Assembly (NCBI GenBank): GCA_045541395.1
Contig: JAZQIZ010000001.1
Location: 21,233-85,232, forward strand
Direction: 5' to 3'
From: Eubacteriales bacterium
GTDB taxonomy: Bacteria; Bacillota; Clostridia; Oscillospirales; UMGS1783
DNA length: 64,000 bases
Below the pieces are notes generated by a model. The model had not been told where the DNA came from. It worked only from the letters and a program-made list of their open reading frames with translations, and made no database searches. This document shows positions 7,914 through 17,893 of this stretch, piece by piece (the first letter of the stretch is position 1; each line of letters starts with the position of its first letter). Made by a program: the position numbers and the translations under genes.

Positions 7914-9269
7914 ATGGCTATTACAAATGAGTATTTGAAAAAGGTTTATGCAGACGTTGTTAAGAGAGATCCTGATCAGGCTGAGTTTCATCAGACTGTA
8001 AAGGAAGTGTTCGAATCTATCGAACCTGTTATTGAAAAACGCCCTGATATCGTTAAGGCCGGCATCGTTGAACGTATGGTTGAGCCCGAACGTACTATCG
8101 TTTTCCGTGTTCCTTGGGTTGATGATAACGGCGTTGTTCAGGTAAACAGAGGCTTCAGAGTTCAGTTTAACTCTGCTATCGGTCCTTATAAGGGCGGTCT
8201 TCGTTTCCATCCCTCCGTTAACCTCTCTATTATGAAGTTCTTAGGCTTTGAACAGACTTTCAAGAACTCTCTTACAACCCTTCCTATGGGCGGTGCTAAG
8301 GGCGGTTCCGACTTTGATCCCAAAGGCAAGTCCGATAACGAAGTTACGCGCTTCTGCCAGAGCTTTATGACTGAGTTACATAAGCACATCGGCGCTAATA
8401 CCGACGTTCCTGCCGGTGATATCGGCGTAGGTGCCCGTGAGATCGGCTATCTCTTCGGCCAGTATAAGCGTCTTCAGAATTCCTTCGAAGGTATTCTTAC
8501 CGGTAAGGGCCTTTCTTACGGCGGCTCTCTTATCCGTCCTGAAGCTACAGGCTATGGCGCTGTTTATTACACCGTAGAAATGTTAAAGACTCTCGGCGAA
8601 GAGATCAAGGGTAAGACTTTTGCTATCTCCGGCTTCGGTAACGTTGCTTGGGGTACTGTTAAGAAGCTTACCGAGCTCGGCGGCAAGGTTGTAACCATCT
8701 CCGGTCCCGACGGCTATATTTATGATGAAGACGGTGTTTGCACCGAAGAAAAGATCAACTTTATGCTCGAAATGCGTGCTTCCTGCCGCGATAAGGTTCA
8801 GGATTATGCTGATAAGTTCGGCGTTCCCTTCTTCCCCGGTCAGAAGCCCTGGGGCGTTAAGGCTGACGTTATTATGCCTTGCGCTACTCAGAACGAAGTT
8901 GGTATGGCTGAAGCTGAAAAGATCGTTGCTAACGGCGTTAAGTATTACGTTGAAGTTTCCAATATGCCTACCACCAACGAAGCTATTGCTTACTTAAAGG
9001 AAAACGGCGTTGTTGTTGCTCCTTCCAAGGCTGTTAACGCAGGCGGCGTTGCTACCTCCGGCCTCGAAATGTCACAGAACTCTATGAGATATTCCTGGAC
9101 TGCCGAAGAAGTTGATGCTAAGCTCCATCAGATCATGAAGAACATCTATGAAGCTTCTTACAATGCAGCAAAGACTTATGGTCAGGAAGGCGATCTTGTT
9201 GCAGGCGCTAACATCGCAGGCTTTATAAAGGTTGCAGATGCTATGCTGGCTCACGGTATTGCATATTAA
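7914..9269 (+). CDS. gdhA: NADP-specific glutamate dehydrogenase
   Basis: 451 aa with GGLRFHPSVNLSIMKFLGFEQTFKNSLTTLPMGGAKGGSDFDPKG and GFGNVAWG. SD AAGGAGG. Confidence 0.95.
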   Translation: MAITNEYLKKVYADVVKRDPDQAEFHQTVKEVFESIEPVIEKRPDIVKAGIVERMVEPERTIVFRVPWVDDNGVVQVNRGFRVQFNSAIGPYKGGLRFHPSVNLSIMKFLGFEQTFKNSLTTLPMGGAKGGSDFDPKGKSDNEVTRFCQSFMTELHKHIGANTDVPAGDIGVGAREIGYLFGQYKRLQNSFEGILTGKGLSYGGSLIRPEATGYGAVYYTVEMLKTLGEEIKGKTFAISGFGNVAWGTVKKLTELGGKVVTISGPDGYIYDEDGVCTEEKINFMLEMRASCRDKVQDYADKFGVPFFPGQKPWGVKADVIMPCATQNEVGMAEAEKIVANGVKYYVEVSNMPTTNEAIAYLKENGVVVAPSKAVNAGGVATSGLEMSQNSMRYSWTAEEVDAKLHQIMKNIYEASYNAAKTYGQEGDLVAGANIAGFIKVADAMLAHGIAY

Positions 9270-9296
9270 TTATTAGTTTTATACATTTTGGTAATT

Positions 9297-9346
9297 AGTG
9301 TCGCTTATATTTATATAGGAAGATAATATGAGCGACACTTTTTTTA
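9297..9346 (+). terminator. gdhA terminator
   Basis: agtgtcgct (9297-9305) pairs with agcgacact (9331-9339), followed by T7. Confidence 0.8.
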
Positions 9347-9642
9347 TTCATAAATACTGTATATTTATTCATCAATATAGCGATAATGCAAATTTTACTG
9401 CAACTTTGCCTATAAAATGGCAGAATTGCACTTTAATGCTTGTGGTCAGTGTTTACTAAATAATCAAGGCTTACGGTATACCAAACAGACGTTTTGGTTA
9501 TATTTTCGCAAGAATAAGCAGAAAATAGCAAAAATTAAATAAATAATTTTATTATTTAGGTTAAATTGAACAAATTATATCAATAAAGGCGATTATTTTC
9601 TATGTATTTTTGTATAAAAATCATAAAAATTGATTTTGTATG

Positions 9643-9671
9643 TTGACATTTTGCGCCGTAAGGATTATAAT
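9643..9671 (+). promoter_or_regulatory. Consensus sigmaA promoter of the ABC transporter operon
   Basis: TTGACA (9643-9648), 17-nt spacer, TATAAT (9666-9671). Leaves a ~145-nt leader. Confidence 0.75.
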
Positions 9672-9820
9672 TAACACGTAATTCACAGGGTAACCGTTCT
9701 TTCACAAGAGAATATGTATGTGTTTTAATTTTCGGGCTTCCTACTTACCTCGAATTTTAAAACTGCTTTCTCGAAATCTCGGTTACTAAATAGAACTGAT
9801 ATTAACAGGAGGAAATTACA

Positions 9821-10897
9821 ATGAAAAAGGCATTAGCTATTTTACTTGCTCTCCTTATGGTTCTCGCAGTTGTTGCTGGTTGCGGCGCTAAGGAAGAACC
9901 CAAGGATGAACCCGCTACTGATGAACCCGCTGGCGAAGATGAACCCGCTGGTGAAGATGATGCAGCTGCTGGCAAGCAGATCGCTGTTTGCATGGGCTCT
10001 ATCAACCATCCCGTACACAGAATCGTTCAGATGGGCTTCGTTCTGAAGGCTGAAGAACTCGGTATGGAAGGCGTTATTTCCGGTCTTGATGAAGGTTCCA
10101 TCCAGGAACTTATCGCTAAGTGGGAATCCGCAGTTACCAACGGCGCTGAAGGCGTTCTCGTTTGGACTGGCGACGACTCTTGCTACGATATGATGAAGGG
10201 CATGAAGGAAATGGGCGTTTATACTACCGTTCCTCACTTCGTTCATAACTATGAAGACACCAAGGACTTCATCGACAAGAACATCTCCTGCCTCGCAGCT
10301 ACTTATGGTGCTGAAGCAGCTCAGTTCGTAGTTGATAAGCTTACTGAAAAGGGCATCACTGAAGGTACTATCGGTATCACCCAGAATGGTCCTAACGTAA
10401 CTGAAAACGCAGCTAACGACGGCTTCCGTTCCAAGATGGCTGAAATCGCTCCTAACTTCAAGCTCGCTGACACCGTTATGGAAGGTCCCGAAATTACTGA
10501 AGCTACCAACAAGGTTACTTCCGTTATCCAGGCTAACGAAGCTGATATCGTAGCTGGTTTTGGTACTACCGGTGGTTCTCCCCAGTCTTGGGCAGCTGCT
10601 ATGGAAAACACCAAGAAGACCGACCTCGTAGTTGTAGGTATGGACTATACTGAACTTAACGTTAACCTCGTTAAGGACGGCAAGATCTCTGCAGTAGTTT
10701 GCCAGCCCCTGTTCCCCGAAGCTCAGGATTGCGCTCAGGCTCTCTATGATCTGTTCAATGGCGAAGTATTCAACGGTTCCGCTGATACTTGGTTCACCGA
10801 ACTCCCCGCTCCTCTCGCTTATGTTGGCGGCGAAGGCGTTAACGACATCAATTCTTATCAGGCTATCATCGATCAGGTTGCTGAATACTTCGCATAA
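9821..10897 (+). CDS. Sugar ABC transporter substrate-binding lipoprotein (RbsB/PBP type I-like)
   Basis: Signal peptide with lipobox VVAGC, acidic Pro-rich linker (DEPAGE repeats), periplasmic-binding-protein fold pattern. SD AGGAGG. Confidence 0.85.
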   Translation: MKKALAILLALLMVLAVVAGCGAKEEPKDEPATDEPAGEDEPAGEDDAAAGKQIAVCMGSINHPVHRIVQMGFVLKAEELGMEGVISGLDEGSIQELIAKWESAVTNGAEGVLVWTGDDSCYDMMKGMKEMGVYTTVPHFVHNYEDTKDFIDKNISCLAATYGAEAAQFVVDKLTEKGITEGTIGITQNGPNVTENAANDGFRSKMAEIAPNFKLADTVMEGPEITEATNKVTSVIQANEADIVAGFGTTGGSPQSWAAAMENTKKTDLVVVGMDYTELNVNLVKDGKISAVVCQPLFPEAQDCAQALYDLFNGEVFNGSADTWFTELPAPLAYVGGEGVNDINSYQAIIDQVAEYFA

Positions 10898-10977
10898 TCG
10901 TAGTATTTAACTACTTGTTTGGTTGATTGTCACAATTAAATATTCGAAGTAATTCGAATTATTGAGTAAGTAGAAAC

Positions 10978-11050
10978 AACAGGGTCTTATGTTGTAGGCG
11001 CTTAGCCTCAAATGAGGCCCTGTTCGTTTATAAAAAACGGTTTTTTATTA
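10978..11050 (+). other. Intercistronic stem-loops between the binding-protein and ATPase genes
   Basis: aacagggtc (10978-10986) pairs with ggccctgtt (11016-11024). An A/T hairpin plus T run follow (11031-11050). Confidence 0.4.
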
Positions 11051-11155
11051 TTTAGGGTCTATTACATTTAATTCTATTATTAATTTGCAAACTATGTCCA
11101 TATTAAGGAATTAGAATATATATTAAAAATACTTAAAAGGATGTGATTAAGCATT

Positions 11156-12706
11156 ATGGGAGAGTATGCACTGGAAGTCAACAATATCACTAAGGTGTTC
11201 CCCGGCGTTATAGCTAACGATAACGTTAGCCTCAACGTTAAAAAGGGCGAGATCATGGGCCTTATCGGCGAAAACGGTGCCGGTAAATCCACGATATTGA
11301 AGATTATCAATGGTATCTATCCCGCAGGCAGCTATGAGGGTGAAATTAAGGTTAACGGCGAAGTTGTTCAGCCCAAATCCCCCCAGGATGCCGCTAAGTT
11401 AGGTATCGGTTTCGTTGCCCAGGAAGTAAGCGTTTTCAAGTTTCAGTCTGTTGCTGAAAACATTTACATGGGTGACCTCACTCTTGGCAAGAAGAGCATT
11501 TGGGTAAGCCAGGCAGCCCTCAGAAAGAGAGCAAAAGAGCTTATCGATGATCTTCAGCTTGACATTGATATTAACATGGATACCAGAAGAATGTCTATCG
11601 GTCAGCAGCAGATGCTGATGATCTGTAAGGCTCTTTCCTGCAATCCTAAGGTTCTTATCCTTGACGAGCCTACCACTTCTCTTTCCGAACGTGACGTTCA
11701 GAATCTTTTCCGCGTTGTTCGTCGTCTTAGAGACAACGGTACTGCTATTATCTTCGTAACTCATAAGATGGCAGAAATTATGGAACTTACCGACAGAGTT
11801 ACCGTTCTTCGTGACGGTAAGAGAATCACTGAATTCTCCAGAGAAGATTATGATCAGGACAAGATCATTGCTGCTATGATCGGTCGTGAAGTTACCAACC
11901 TCTATCCTAAGCGTGAAGGTATTGTATTCGGTGAAGAAGTTCTTTCTGTTCAGAACCTTACCGTTGACCATCCCTACCTCTTAGGCAGAAACCTCGTTGA
12001 AGATATTTCCTTCAGCGTAAGAGCAGGCGAAGTTTTAGGTTTCGCAGGCCTCGTAGGTGCCGGCAGAACCGAAACTCTTTCTGCTATTTACGGTATGTAT
12101 AAGATTAAGTCCGGTAAGATCTTTATTAACGGTAAAGAAACCAAGATCAAGAATCCTACCGACGCTAATAAAAAGGGTATCTCCATGGTTACTGAAGACA
12201 GAAAGAAATATGGTCTTCTTTTCTCCTGGAATATTCTCAGAAATATCACCATTACCAACCTTAATGCGCTCCGCATAGGTAAAACTCCCTTTATCAATGA
12301 AAAGAAGGAAGCAGAACGTGCTGAATACTATTTCAAGACAATGAGAGTTAAGGCTCCTAAGATGCGCGTACTCGTTGGTACTTTGTCCGGTGGTAACCAG
12401 CAGAAGGTTGTTATTGCTCGTTCCTTCAATACCGAACCTAAGATCCTTATCCTTGACGAACCTACCAAGGGTATCGACGTTGGTTCCAAGAACGAAATTT
12501 ATCAGCTTATTAATGAGTTTGCTGCTCAGGGTATTGCTGTAGTTATGATTTCTTCCGAACTCCCCGAACTTCTGAACATGTGCGATAGATTCGTAGTTAT
12601 GGCAGAAGGCAGAATCGTTGGTGAGCTTTCCAAGGAAGAAGCTAATGAAGTCAGCGTAATGAAGCTTGCTACTACTACCACCAAAAAAGTAGCAGCAGCT
12701 GAATAA
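11156..12706 (+). CDS. Sugar ABC transporter ATP-binding protein (duplicated ABC domains, RbsA/MglA-like)
   Basis: 516 aa. Walker A GENGAGKST, signatures MSIGQQQ and LSGGNQQK, two Walker B motifs (LILDEPT). Confidence 0.9.
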   Translation: MGEYALEVNNITKVFPGVIANDNVSLNVKKGEIMGLIGENGAGKSTILKIINGIYPAGSYEGEIKVNGEVVQPKSPQDAAKLGIGFVAQEVSVFKFQSVAENIYMGDLTLGKKSIWVSQAALRKRAKELIDDLQLDIDINMDTRRMSIGQQQMLMICKALSCNPKVLILDEPTTSLSERDVQNLFRVVRRLRDNGTAIIFVTHKMAEIMELTDRVTVLRDGKRITEFSREDYDQDKIIAAMIGREVTNLYPKREGIVFGEEVLSVQNLTVDHPYLLGRNLVEDISFSVRAGEVLGFAGLVGAGRTETLSAIYGMYKIKSGKIFINGKETKIKNPTDANKKGISMVTEDRKKYGLLFSWNILRNITITNLNALRIGKTPFINEKKEAERAEYYFKTMRVKAPKMRVLVGTLSGGNQQKVVIARSFNTEPKILILDEPTKGIDVGSKNEIYQLINEFAAQGIAVVMISSELPELLNMCDRFVVMAEGRIVGELSKEEANEVSVMKLATTTTKKVAAAE

Positions 12707-12719
12707 GGAGGTAAATTAA

Positions 12720-13742
12720 ATGGAAAATCAAGATATGAAATTAATGAAGCAGAAACGCTTCAAAATAGGTCTTATCAGAACATTGTTATCTCCTGAAATC
12801 GGTTCTCTTATGGTTGCTTTAGCTATTATTATTATAGTTGGCAGCGTAAATAAGAACTTCTTAACCGTCAGAAACCTTGTAACCCTCCTTAACAACGCTT
12901 CCTTCATCGGTATCGTTGCTATAGGCCAGGCTCTTATCATTATGTCCGGTGAAATGGACTTGTCTGTTGGTAACAACGGCGCTTTCGCAGGCGTTATCTT
13001 CGGTATGATGGCTGTTTGGTACAATGTTCCTTGGGGTATTGCTCTTGTTGTATCCATCCTCTTTGCTTGCGCAATTGGTTGGCTCAACGGTTTCCTTATG
13101 CTTAAAGTCGGCATTATGAAGTGGGTTGCAACCCTTGCAACTTCCAACCTCTGTGCTGGTCTTGCTCTGTATTTTGCATTAGGCGTACCTATCGGTTATC
13201 TGCCTAAGGCAATCCTTCGTTTCGGCAAAATCGGTATTCCTATCGAAGGTGCTCCCGATCTTACCATCATGGTATTCATCTTTGTAGCTCTTGTTATTAT
13301 TGCCGAACTTATTATTCGTTATTCTAAGTATGGTAGAATGATCCAGGCTTGCGGTATCAACTCCGAAGCTGCTTCTATGGCTGGTGTTAACGTTGTAAGA
13401 ACCAAGTGGATAACCCTTATCTTCGTTGCTCTTCTTTCTTATACTGGTACTCAGCTTTCCAACTTTAAGCACGGCGTTATCAATCCCGGTGGTCTTGCCG
13501 GCGTTGACTTTAAGACTGTTGCTTCCTGCTATATCGGCGGTATCGGTTTCGTTGGTTCCTCCGGCTCTCTGCTTGGCCTTTTCTTAGGCGTACTTCTTAT
13601 TCAGCTTATAGAAAATGCTACTTCCGCACTTGCGTGGGACGCAAACGTTCAGCTGTTCACAGTTGGTCTGCTTGTTATGTTCGTTCTTCTGCTTGACGTA
13701 TTCAAGAGACGCTTTATGGCTTCTCGTATAGACTTAGTATAA
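12720..13742 (+). CDS. ABC transporter permease (RbsC/BPD_transp_2 type)
   Basis: 340 aa, ~9 TM segments. SD AAGGAGG. Contiguous with the ATPase gene. Confidence 0.85.
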   Translation: MENQDMKLMKQKRFKIGLIRTLLSPEIGSLMVALAIIIIVGSVNKNFLTVRNLVTLLNNASFIGIVAIGQALIIMSGEMDLSVGNNGAFAGVIFGMMAVWYNVPWGIALVVSILFACAIGWLNGFLMLKVGIMKWVATLATSNLCAGLALYFALGVPIGYLPKAILRFGKIGIPIEGAPDLTIMVFIFVALVIIAELIIRYSKYGRMIQACGINSEAASMAGVNVVRTKWITLIFVALLSYTGTQLSNFKHGVINPGGLAGVDFKTVASCYIGGIGFVGSSGSLLGLFLGVLLIQLIENATSALAWDANVQLFTVGLLVMFVLLLDVFKRRFMASRIDLV

Positions 13743-13750
13743 GGAGGAGA

Positions 13751-14752
13751 ATGAAAATGCAAAACACTGAAATTAAAAAACAGTCTAATTTTATGGGCGC
13801 TTTCAAGAGAGTTCTTGCTTCCGATGAAGTATTTGCTCTTGTTCCCCTTATTATTCTTCTTATTGCAGTTGCACTTATTAACGAAAGCTTCCTTTCTGCT
13901 ACCAACCTTATAGCTATTGCTAACCTGGCTCCCTTCGTAGCTATCTGCTGCTTAGGTAACGCTCTGGTTATTATGACCGGTTCTTCCGACGTTTCTGTTG
14001 GTAAAACCTCCGGTCTTGCATGCGTTATGTTTGCTTGGGCTATTAAGATCTGTGGTCTGCCTTCCTGGGCTGCTGTAATCATTGGTATACTTACCGGTAC
14101 TTTAGTAGGCTTTGTTAACGGCTCCCTTATCTTCAACTTCAACCTGCCTCACTTCATCGTAACCTTAGGTATGTCCTATGTTATCGGTGCTCTGAGATTC
14201 CTTGTTGTTAACGCTTATCCCTTTACCGATCTTGGTAAAGACCTTGAGGCTTTTGCTTACTTCACGATCGGCGGCTTCAATATGTGGTTCTACATATGCG
14301 TGATCCTATACATTGTTGTTGCTATCCTGCTAGCAAAGACTACTATCGGTAGAAGAATCAAGGCTGTTGGCGATAACCCTGAAGTTGCTGCTCTTTCCGG
14401 TATCAACGTAAACAAGGTTAAGAAGACTGCATACGTACTTTGCGGTACCATCGTTGCTGTAGCCGGTATTCTTACCGCTATCCGTTACGACTATGGTAAC
14501 CCCTATACCGGCAACGGTTGGGAATTCAAGTGCATGGCAGCTTGCGCTATCGGCGGTGTTTCTCTTAACGGTGGTAGAGGTTCCGGTATCTGCATTCTTA
14601 TCGGCGTTTTAACCATGGTATTCTTGGATAACGCTATCGTAATGGCAGGTATCTCCTCTCATCTGCAGACAACCGCTATCGGTGCATTCCTTATGATCGC
14701 TGCTTCTCTTGACATGTTCCGTCAGAGAAAGAAGATCAAAGCTGAAGCTTAA
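13751..14752 (+). CDS. ABC transporter permease, second subunit
   Basis: 333 aa, paralogous to the previous permease. The ATG at 13757 has better SD spacing than 13751. Confidence 0.85.
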   Translation: MKMQNTEIKKQSNFMGAFKRVLASDEVFALVPLIILLIAVALINESFLSATNLIAIANLAPFVAICCLGNALVIMTGSSDVSVGKTSGLACVMFAWAIKICGLPSWAAVIIGILTGTLVGFVNGSLIFNFNLPHFIVTLGMSYVIGALRFLVVNAYPFTDLGKDLEAFAYFTIGGFNMWFYICVILYIVVAILLAKTTIGRRIKAVGDNPEVAALSGINVNKVKKTAYVLCGTIVAVAGILTAIRYDYGNPYTGNGWEFKCMAACAIGGVSLNGGRGSGICILIGVLTMVFLDNAIVMAGISSHLQTTAIGAFLMIAASLDMFRQRKKIKAEA

Positions 14753-14771
14753 TCACTTAATGCACATATTA

Positions 14772-14799
14772 AAAGGGCATCTTTTGATGCCCTTTTTTG
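14772..14799 (+). terminator. ABC operon terminator
   Basis: aaagggcatc (14772-14781) pairs with gatgcccttt (14786-14795), followed by a T run. Confidence 0.85.
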
Positions 14800-14816
14800 T
14801 TTTATATTTTATTAAA

Positions 14817-14848
14817 TAAAATACCGCTCAAAATTGAGCGGTATTTTT
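14817..14848. terminator. argS terminator (bidirectional hairpin)
   Basis: aaaataccgctca pairs with tgagcggtatttt, flanked by A and T runs. Confidence 0.8.
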
Positions 14849-14851
14849 AAT

Positions 14852-16528
14852 TTACATATATTCCGGGGCAGATATCTTAAGAAGCTCACAGCCGTTGTAA
14901 ATGGCCTGTTTTGTGGCTCGAACAAGGGCTATTCTGCTCTTCATAATTTTTTCTTCGGCATCTTTGATCCTGCAGTCTGTATAGAACTTATGGAACGCTG
15001 TTGCCAGATCCACAAGATATCTTGTAATAACAGAAGGATCATAGCTCTGCGCTGCGGTGATTATCTGTGAGGGCATACTTGCCAGCTTAGAAATAAGCGC
15101 CTTTTCAGAAGGCTCTGCAAGCAGAGTAAGATCAGCATTTTCTTCGTTAACGTCGGTAAGCACTTTTAAAATACTGCAAATCCTTGCGTGAGCATACTGA
15201 ATGTAATATACAGGGTTCTGTGAGTTTTCAGAAATAGCAAGGTCAAGGTCAAACTCAAGATGACTGTTAGGCTCTCTTAAATTAAAGAACAGCCTTGCTG
15301 CATCAATGGGTACTTCATCAAGTAAAGTCTCAAGAGTAATTGCTTTGCCGGAACGCTTTGAAAGCTTGTATGTCTCGCCGTTCTTAACAAGACGAACCAT
15401 CTGCATGATAATTATATCAAGTCTGTTTTCGTCAATACCTAAAGCCTTCAGCGCTGCCTTCATTCTCGCAATGTATCCGTGGTGGTCAGCACCAAGAATA
15501 TCAATAGCCGTATCATAGTTTCTTATCATCAGCTTATTGTAATGGTAAGCAATATCGGGAACAAAGTAGGTGGGAATACCGTTATCTCTTACAAGAACAC
15601 GGTCCTTTTCATCGCCAAGCTCTGTGGCTTTAAACCATAACGCACCATCTTTCTCGTAAGTATAGCCGCTGGCGATCATTTTATCAATTATCTCTTTAAC
15701 TGCGCCGTTGTTATGAAGTGTGCTTTCGTTAAACCAATTATCATAGTTAATGCGGTACTTCTCAAGGTCAGTCTTAAGCTTTGTAATATTAATGGGAAGC
15801 GCAAAATCACAAAGAGCCTGTCTGCGTTCTTCCCTGGGGGCATTAACGTATTTATCGCCGTGTATAGCCTCAAAATTCTTTGCATGATCAATTATGTCCT
15901 GGCCTAAATATGCATCTTCGGGAATCTCAACAGAAGGATCAAATATCTGAAGATATCTGACTTCAAGTGAAGTTTTGAACTTTTCGATCTGATTACCTGC
16001 GTCGTTAATGTAAAATTCTCTGTCAACCTCATAGCCCGCCCAGTCAAGACAGCTTGCCAGACAGTCACCTAAAGCGCCGCCTCGGGCGTTGCCTATATGC
16101 ATAGGACCTGTAGGATTAGCAGAAACAAATTCTACAAGCACACGCTTGTTTTTGCCGTAATCGGTCCTGCCGTAATCTTTACCGCTTTCTAAGATCGATG
16201 CAACTGTAAAAGCGTAATATTCTTTGCCTAAAAAGAAGTTTATAAAACCTGGACCGGCAATTTCCGCTTTTTCAAAGTAAGACCCCTCAAAACACATATT
16301 TTCAACAACTGTTTGAGCGATCTTTACGGGAGCCATACGGAATGCTCTTGCGCCAACCATGGCAAAGTTAACCGAAAGGTCGCCAAACTCAGTGTTTTTA
16401 GGAGTTTCAACTACGAATTCGGGCAGGGGAGCGTCGCAAAGTTCTCCCTTTTCTATTGCGGCTTTTGCCGCGTTTATAACAATATTACGTACCTGCTGTT
16501 CAATTACATATAGAGGATTTGATGCCAT
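14852..16528 (-). CDS. argS: Arginine--tRNA ligase
   Basis: 558 aa. HIGN class-I signature (SANPTGPMHIGNARG) and the C-terminal anticodon-binding domain pattern. SD AAGGAGG. Confidence 0.95.
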   Translation of the reverse strand: MASNPLYVIEQQVRNIVINAAKAAIEKGELCDAPLPEFVVETPKNTEFGDLSVNFAMVGARAFRMAPVKIAQTVVENMCFEGSYFEKAEIAGPGFINFFLGKEYYAFTVASILESGKDYGRTDYGKNKRVLVEFVSANPTGPMHIGNARGGALGDCLASCLDWAGYEVDREFYINDAGNQIEKFKTSLEVRYLQIFDPSVEIPEDAYLGQDIIDHAKNFEAIHGDKYVNAPREERRQALCDFALPINITKLKTDLEKYRINYDNWFNESTLHNNGAVKEIIDKMIASGYTYEKDGALWFKATELGDEKDRVLVRDNGIPTYFVPDIAYHYNKLMIRNYDTAIDILGADHHGYIARMKAALKALGIDENRLDIIIMQMVRLVKNGETYKLSKRSGKAITLETLLDEVPIDAARLFFNLREPNSHLEFDLDLAISENSQNPVYYIQYAHARICSILKVLTDVNEENADLTLLAEPSEKALISKLASMPSQIITAAQSYDPSVITRYLVDLATAFHKFYTDCRIKDAEEKIMKSRIALVRATKQAIYNGCELLKISAPEYM

Positions 16529-16955
16529 TATTTTTTACCTCCTTGATTTTTAAGTAAAATGAGTTTCTGCTTGCCAATGTATGGTTCATTTCTATTGTAT
16601 ATGAAACCTTAAGCTCACCGTTAAGAGAAATCGTATTATCTATTTTTGATGTGTTTATTCCCATTACTACTTGGCCGTAACCCGTATCGTAATGATTAAG
16701 ATGTCTTTTACCTTTTTCCAGTAAAAGCTGTGAGCTTCTGCTACCGCTTCGGGTGATTATAACTCTGTCATTGTCTGCGCTGATGCGGGTATGCGTATCT
16801 TCCATCCCGGTTTCAATGGTTTCGTCATAATCAATAATGTATTCGTTGTTTATTCTTTGCAAGGTCCCGTTTGTAATAAGCTCTATTTTATCCTTATCGT
16901 CACCAATCTCTTGCGTACCGATTATGGAAAGCATTATATCCTTAGCACCGTTCAT
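16500..16955 (-). CDS. DUF1934 (YwiB-like) beta-barrel protein
   Basis: Pattern IELITNGTL...YIIDYDE...RVIITRSG...EKGKRHLNHYDTGYG, plus the conserved position directly upstream of argS as in Bacillus ywiB-argS. Confidence 0.7.
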   Translation of the reverse strand: MNGAKDIMLSIIGTQEIGDDKDKIELITNGTLQRINNEYIIDYDETIETGMEDTHTRISADNDRVIITRSGSRSSQLLLEKGKRHLNHYDTGYGQVVMGINTSKIDNTISLNGELKVSYTIEMNHTLASRNSFYLKIKEVKNNGIKSSICN

Positions 16956-17758
16956 AAAAGATCCACCCTTTCTACGTTTCCGTCTATGGCCTTATTAAGA
17001 AAAACAGAGCCAACCTGTGCAAAGTTTTCAACCGAGTCGGTAACGTAATATTTTGTTATACCGGGTGTGTCATCCGAAAGCATATTCCGTTTTTCAAGCT
17101 TGGCTTTTGCTAGGAGAGCCGCTTCCTTTCCGGAATCTATAAGCTGCGCTTTAGGTAAAAGCTTCTGAATGCAACCGCGTATAAGGGGATAGTGAGTGCA
17201 ACCTAAAATAACCGTATCTACTTCCTCTTTGATTTTTGAAATATACTGCTTGGCAATAAGTGTAGTCACCGTATTGTCGGCATCAATATAACCGTTTTCA
17301 ACCAAAGGCACAAACATAGGACAGGCGATGCCCGTTACCGAAAGATCCGGGTCTATGTCGTGCAAGCGGTTAACATAAGAACGACTCTTAATAGTGGACG
17401 GAGTTCCAAGTACTGCAATTTTTTTATTTTTGGTGGTCATTGCCGCCGCATATGCCGTACAGTCGACAACCCCTATAATAGGAGGATCGTCTTTTACATC
17501 AATATGAGGCAGTGCAACGGAAGAAACCGTTCCACAGGCAATTACAATAAGCTTTACGTCCTTCGACTTTAAAAAAGCAATATCCTGTTCTGCATATTTA
17601 ATTATGGTTTGTGGAGATCTTGTTCCGTAGGGAACTCTTCCTGTATCGCCTAAATAAATTATATCCTCATTGGGCATTATGGCCTGCAATTGTTTAACGC
17701 AGGTTAGTCCGCCAAGCCCCGAATCAAAAACGCCTATGGGCCTTTTGTCCATATACAT
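16952..17758 (-). CDS. murI: Glutamate racemase
   Basis: GVFDSGLGGLT, IVIACGT and LGCTHYP motifs. ATGA overlap with the next gene. Confidence 0.9.
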   Translation of the reverse strand: MYMDKRPIGVFDSGLGGLTCVKQLQAIMPNEDIIYLGDTGRVPYGTRSPQTIIKYAEQDIAFLKSKDVKLIVIACGTVSSVALPHIDVKDDPPIIGVVDCTAYAAAMTTKNKKIAVLGTPSTIKSRSYVNRLHDIDPDLSVTGIACPMFVPLVENGYIDADNTVTTLIAKQYISKIKEEVDTVILGCTHYPLIRGCIQKLLPKAQLIDSGKEAALLAKAKLEKRNMLSDDTPGITKYYVTDSVENFAQVGSVFLNKAIDGNVERVDLL

Positions 17759-17893
17759 TCCTCACTTAATATTATGATATGTTTCACATTATATTAGTAT
17801 ATAATATTTGTTCTTTTTTTGCAATTAAAATTTGAATTATTCCGCAATAAAAAGGGAAAAATAACTAAAATACTTTTTGAAGGGAGCATTTTA

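Noticed and set aside
9419-9544. 41-codon ORF (MAELHFNACGQCLLNNQGLRYTKQTFWLYFRKNKQKIAKIK) in the gdhA-ABC intergenic region
   Set aside because: It has no SD and no promoter context. It could be a remnant, but the evidence is insufficient.
9686-9706. cre-like sequence (ggtaaccgttctttca) in the ABC operon leader
   Set aside because: It has three or more mismatches to TGWAANCGNTNWCA, including the invariant 3' CA. This is not convincing without a scoring matrix.
17819-17893. Longer start (ATG 17819) for the small ORF upstream of dusB
   Set aside because: There is no SD at 17819, whereas GAAGGGAG precedes the ATG at 17894.
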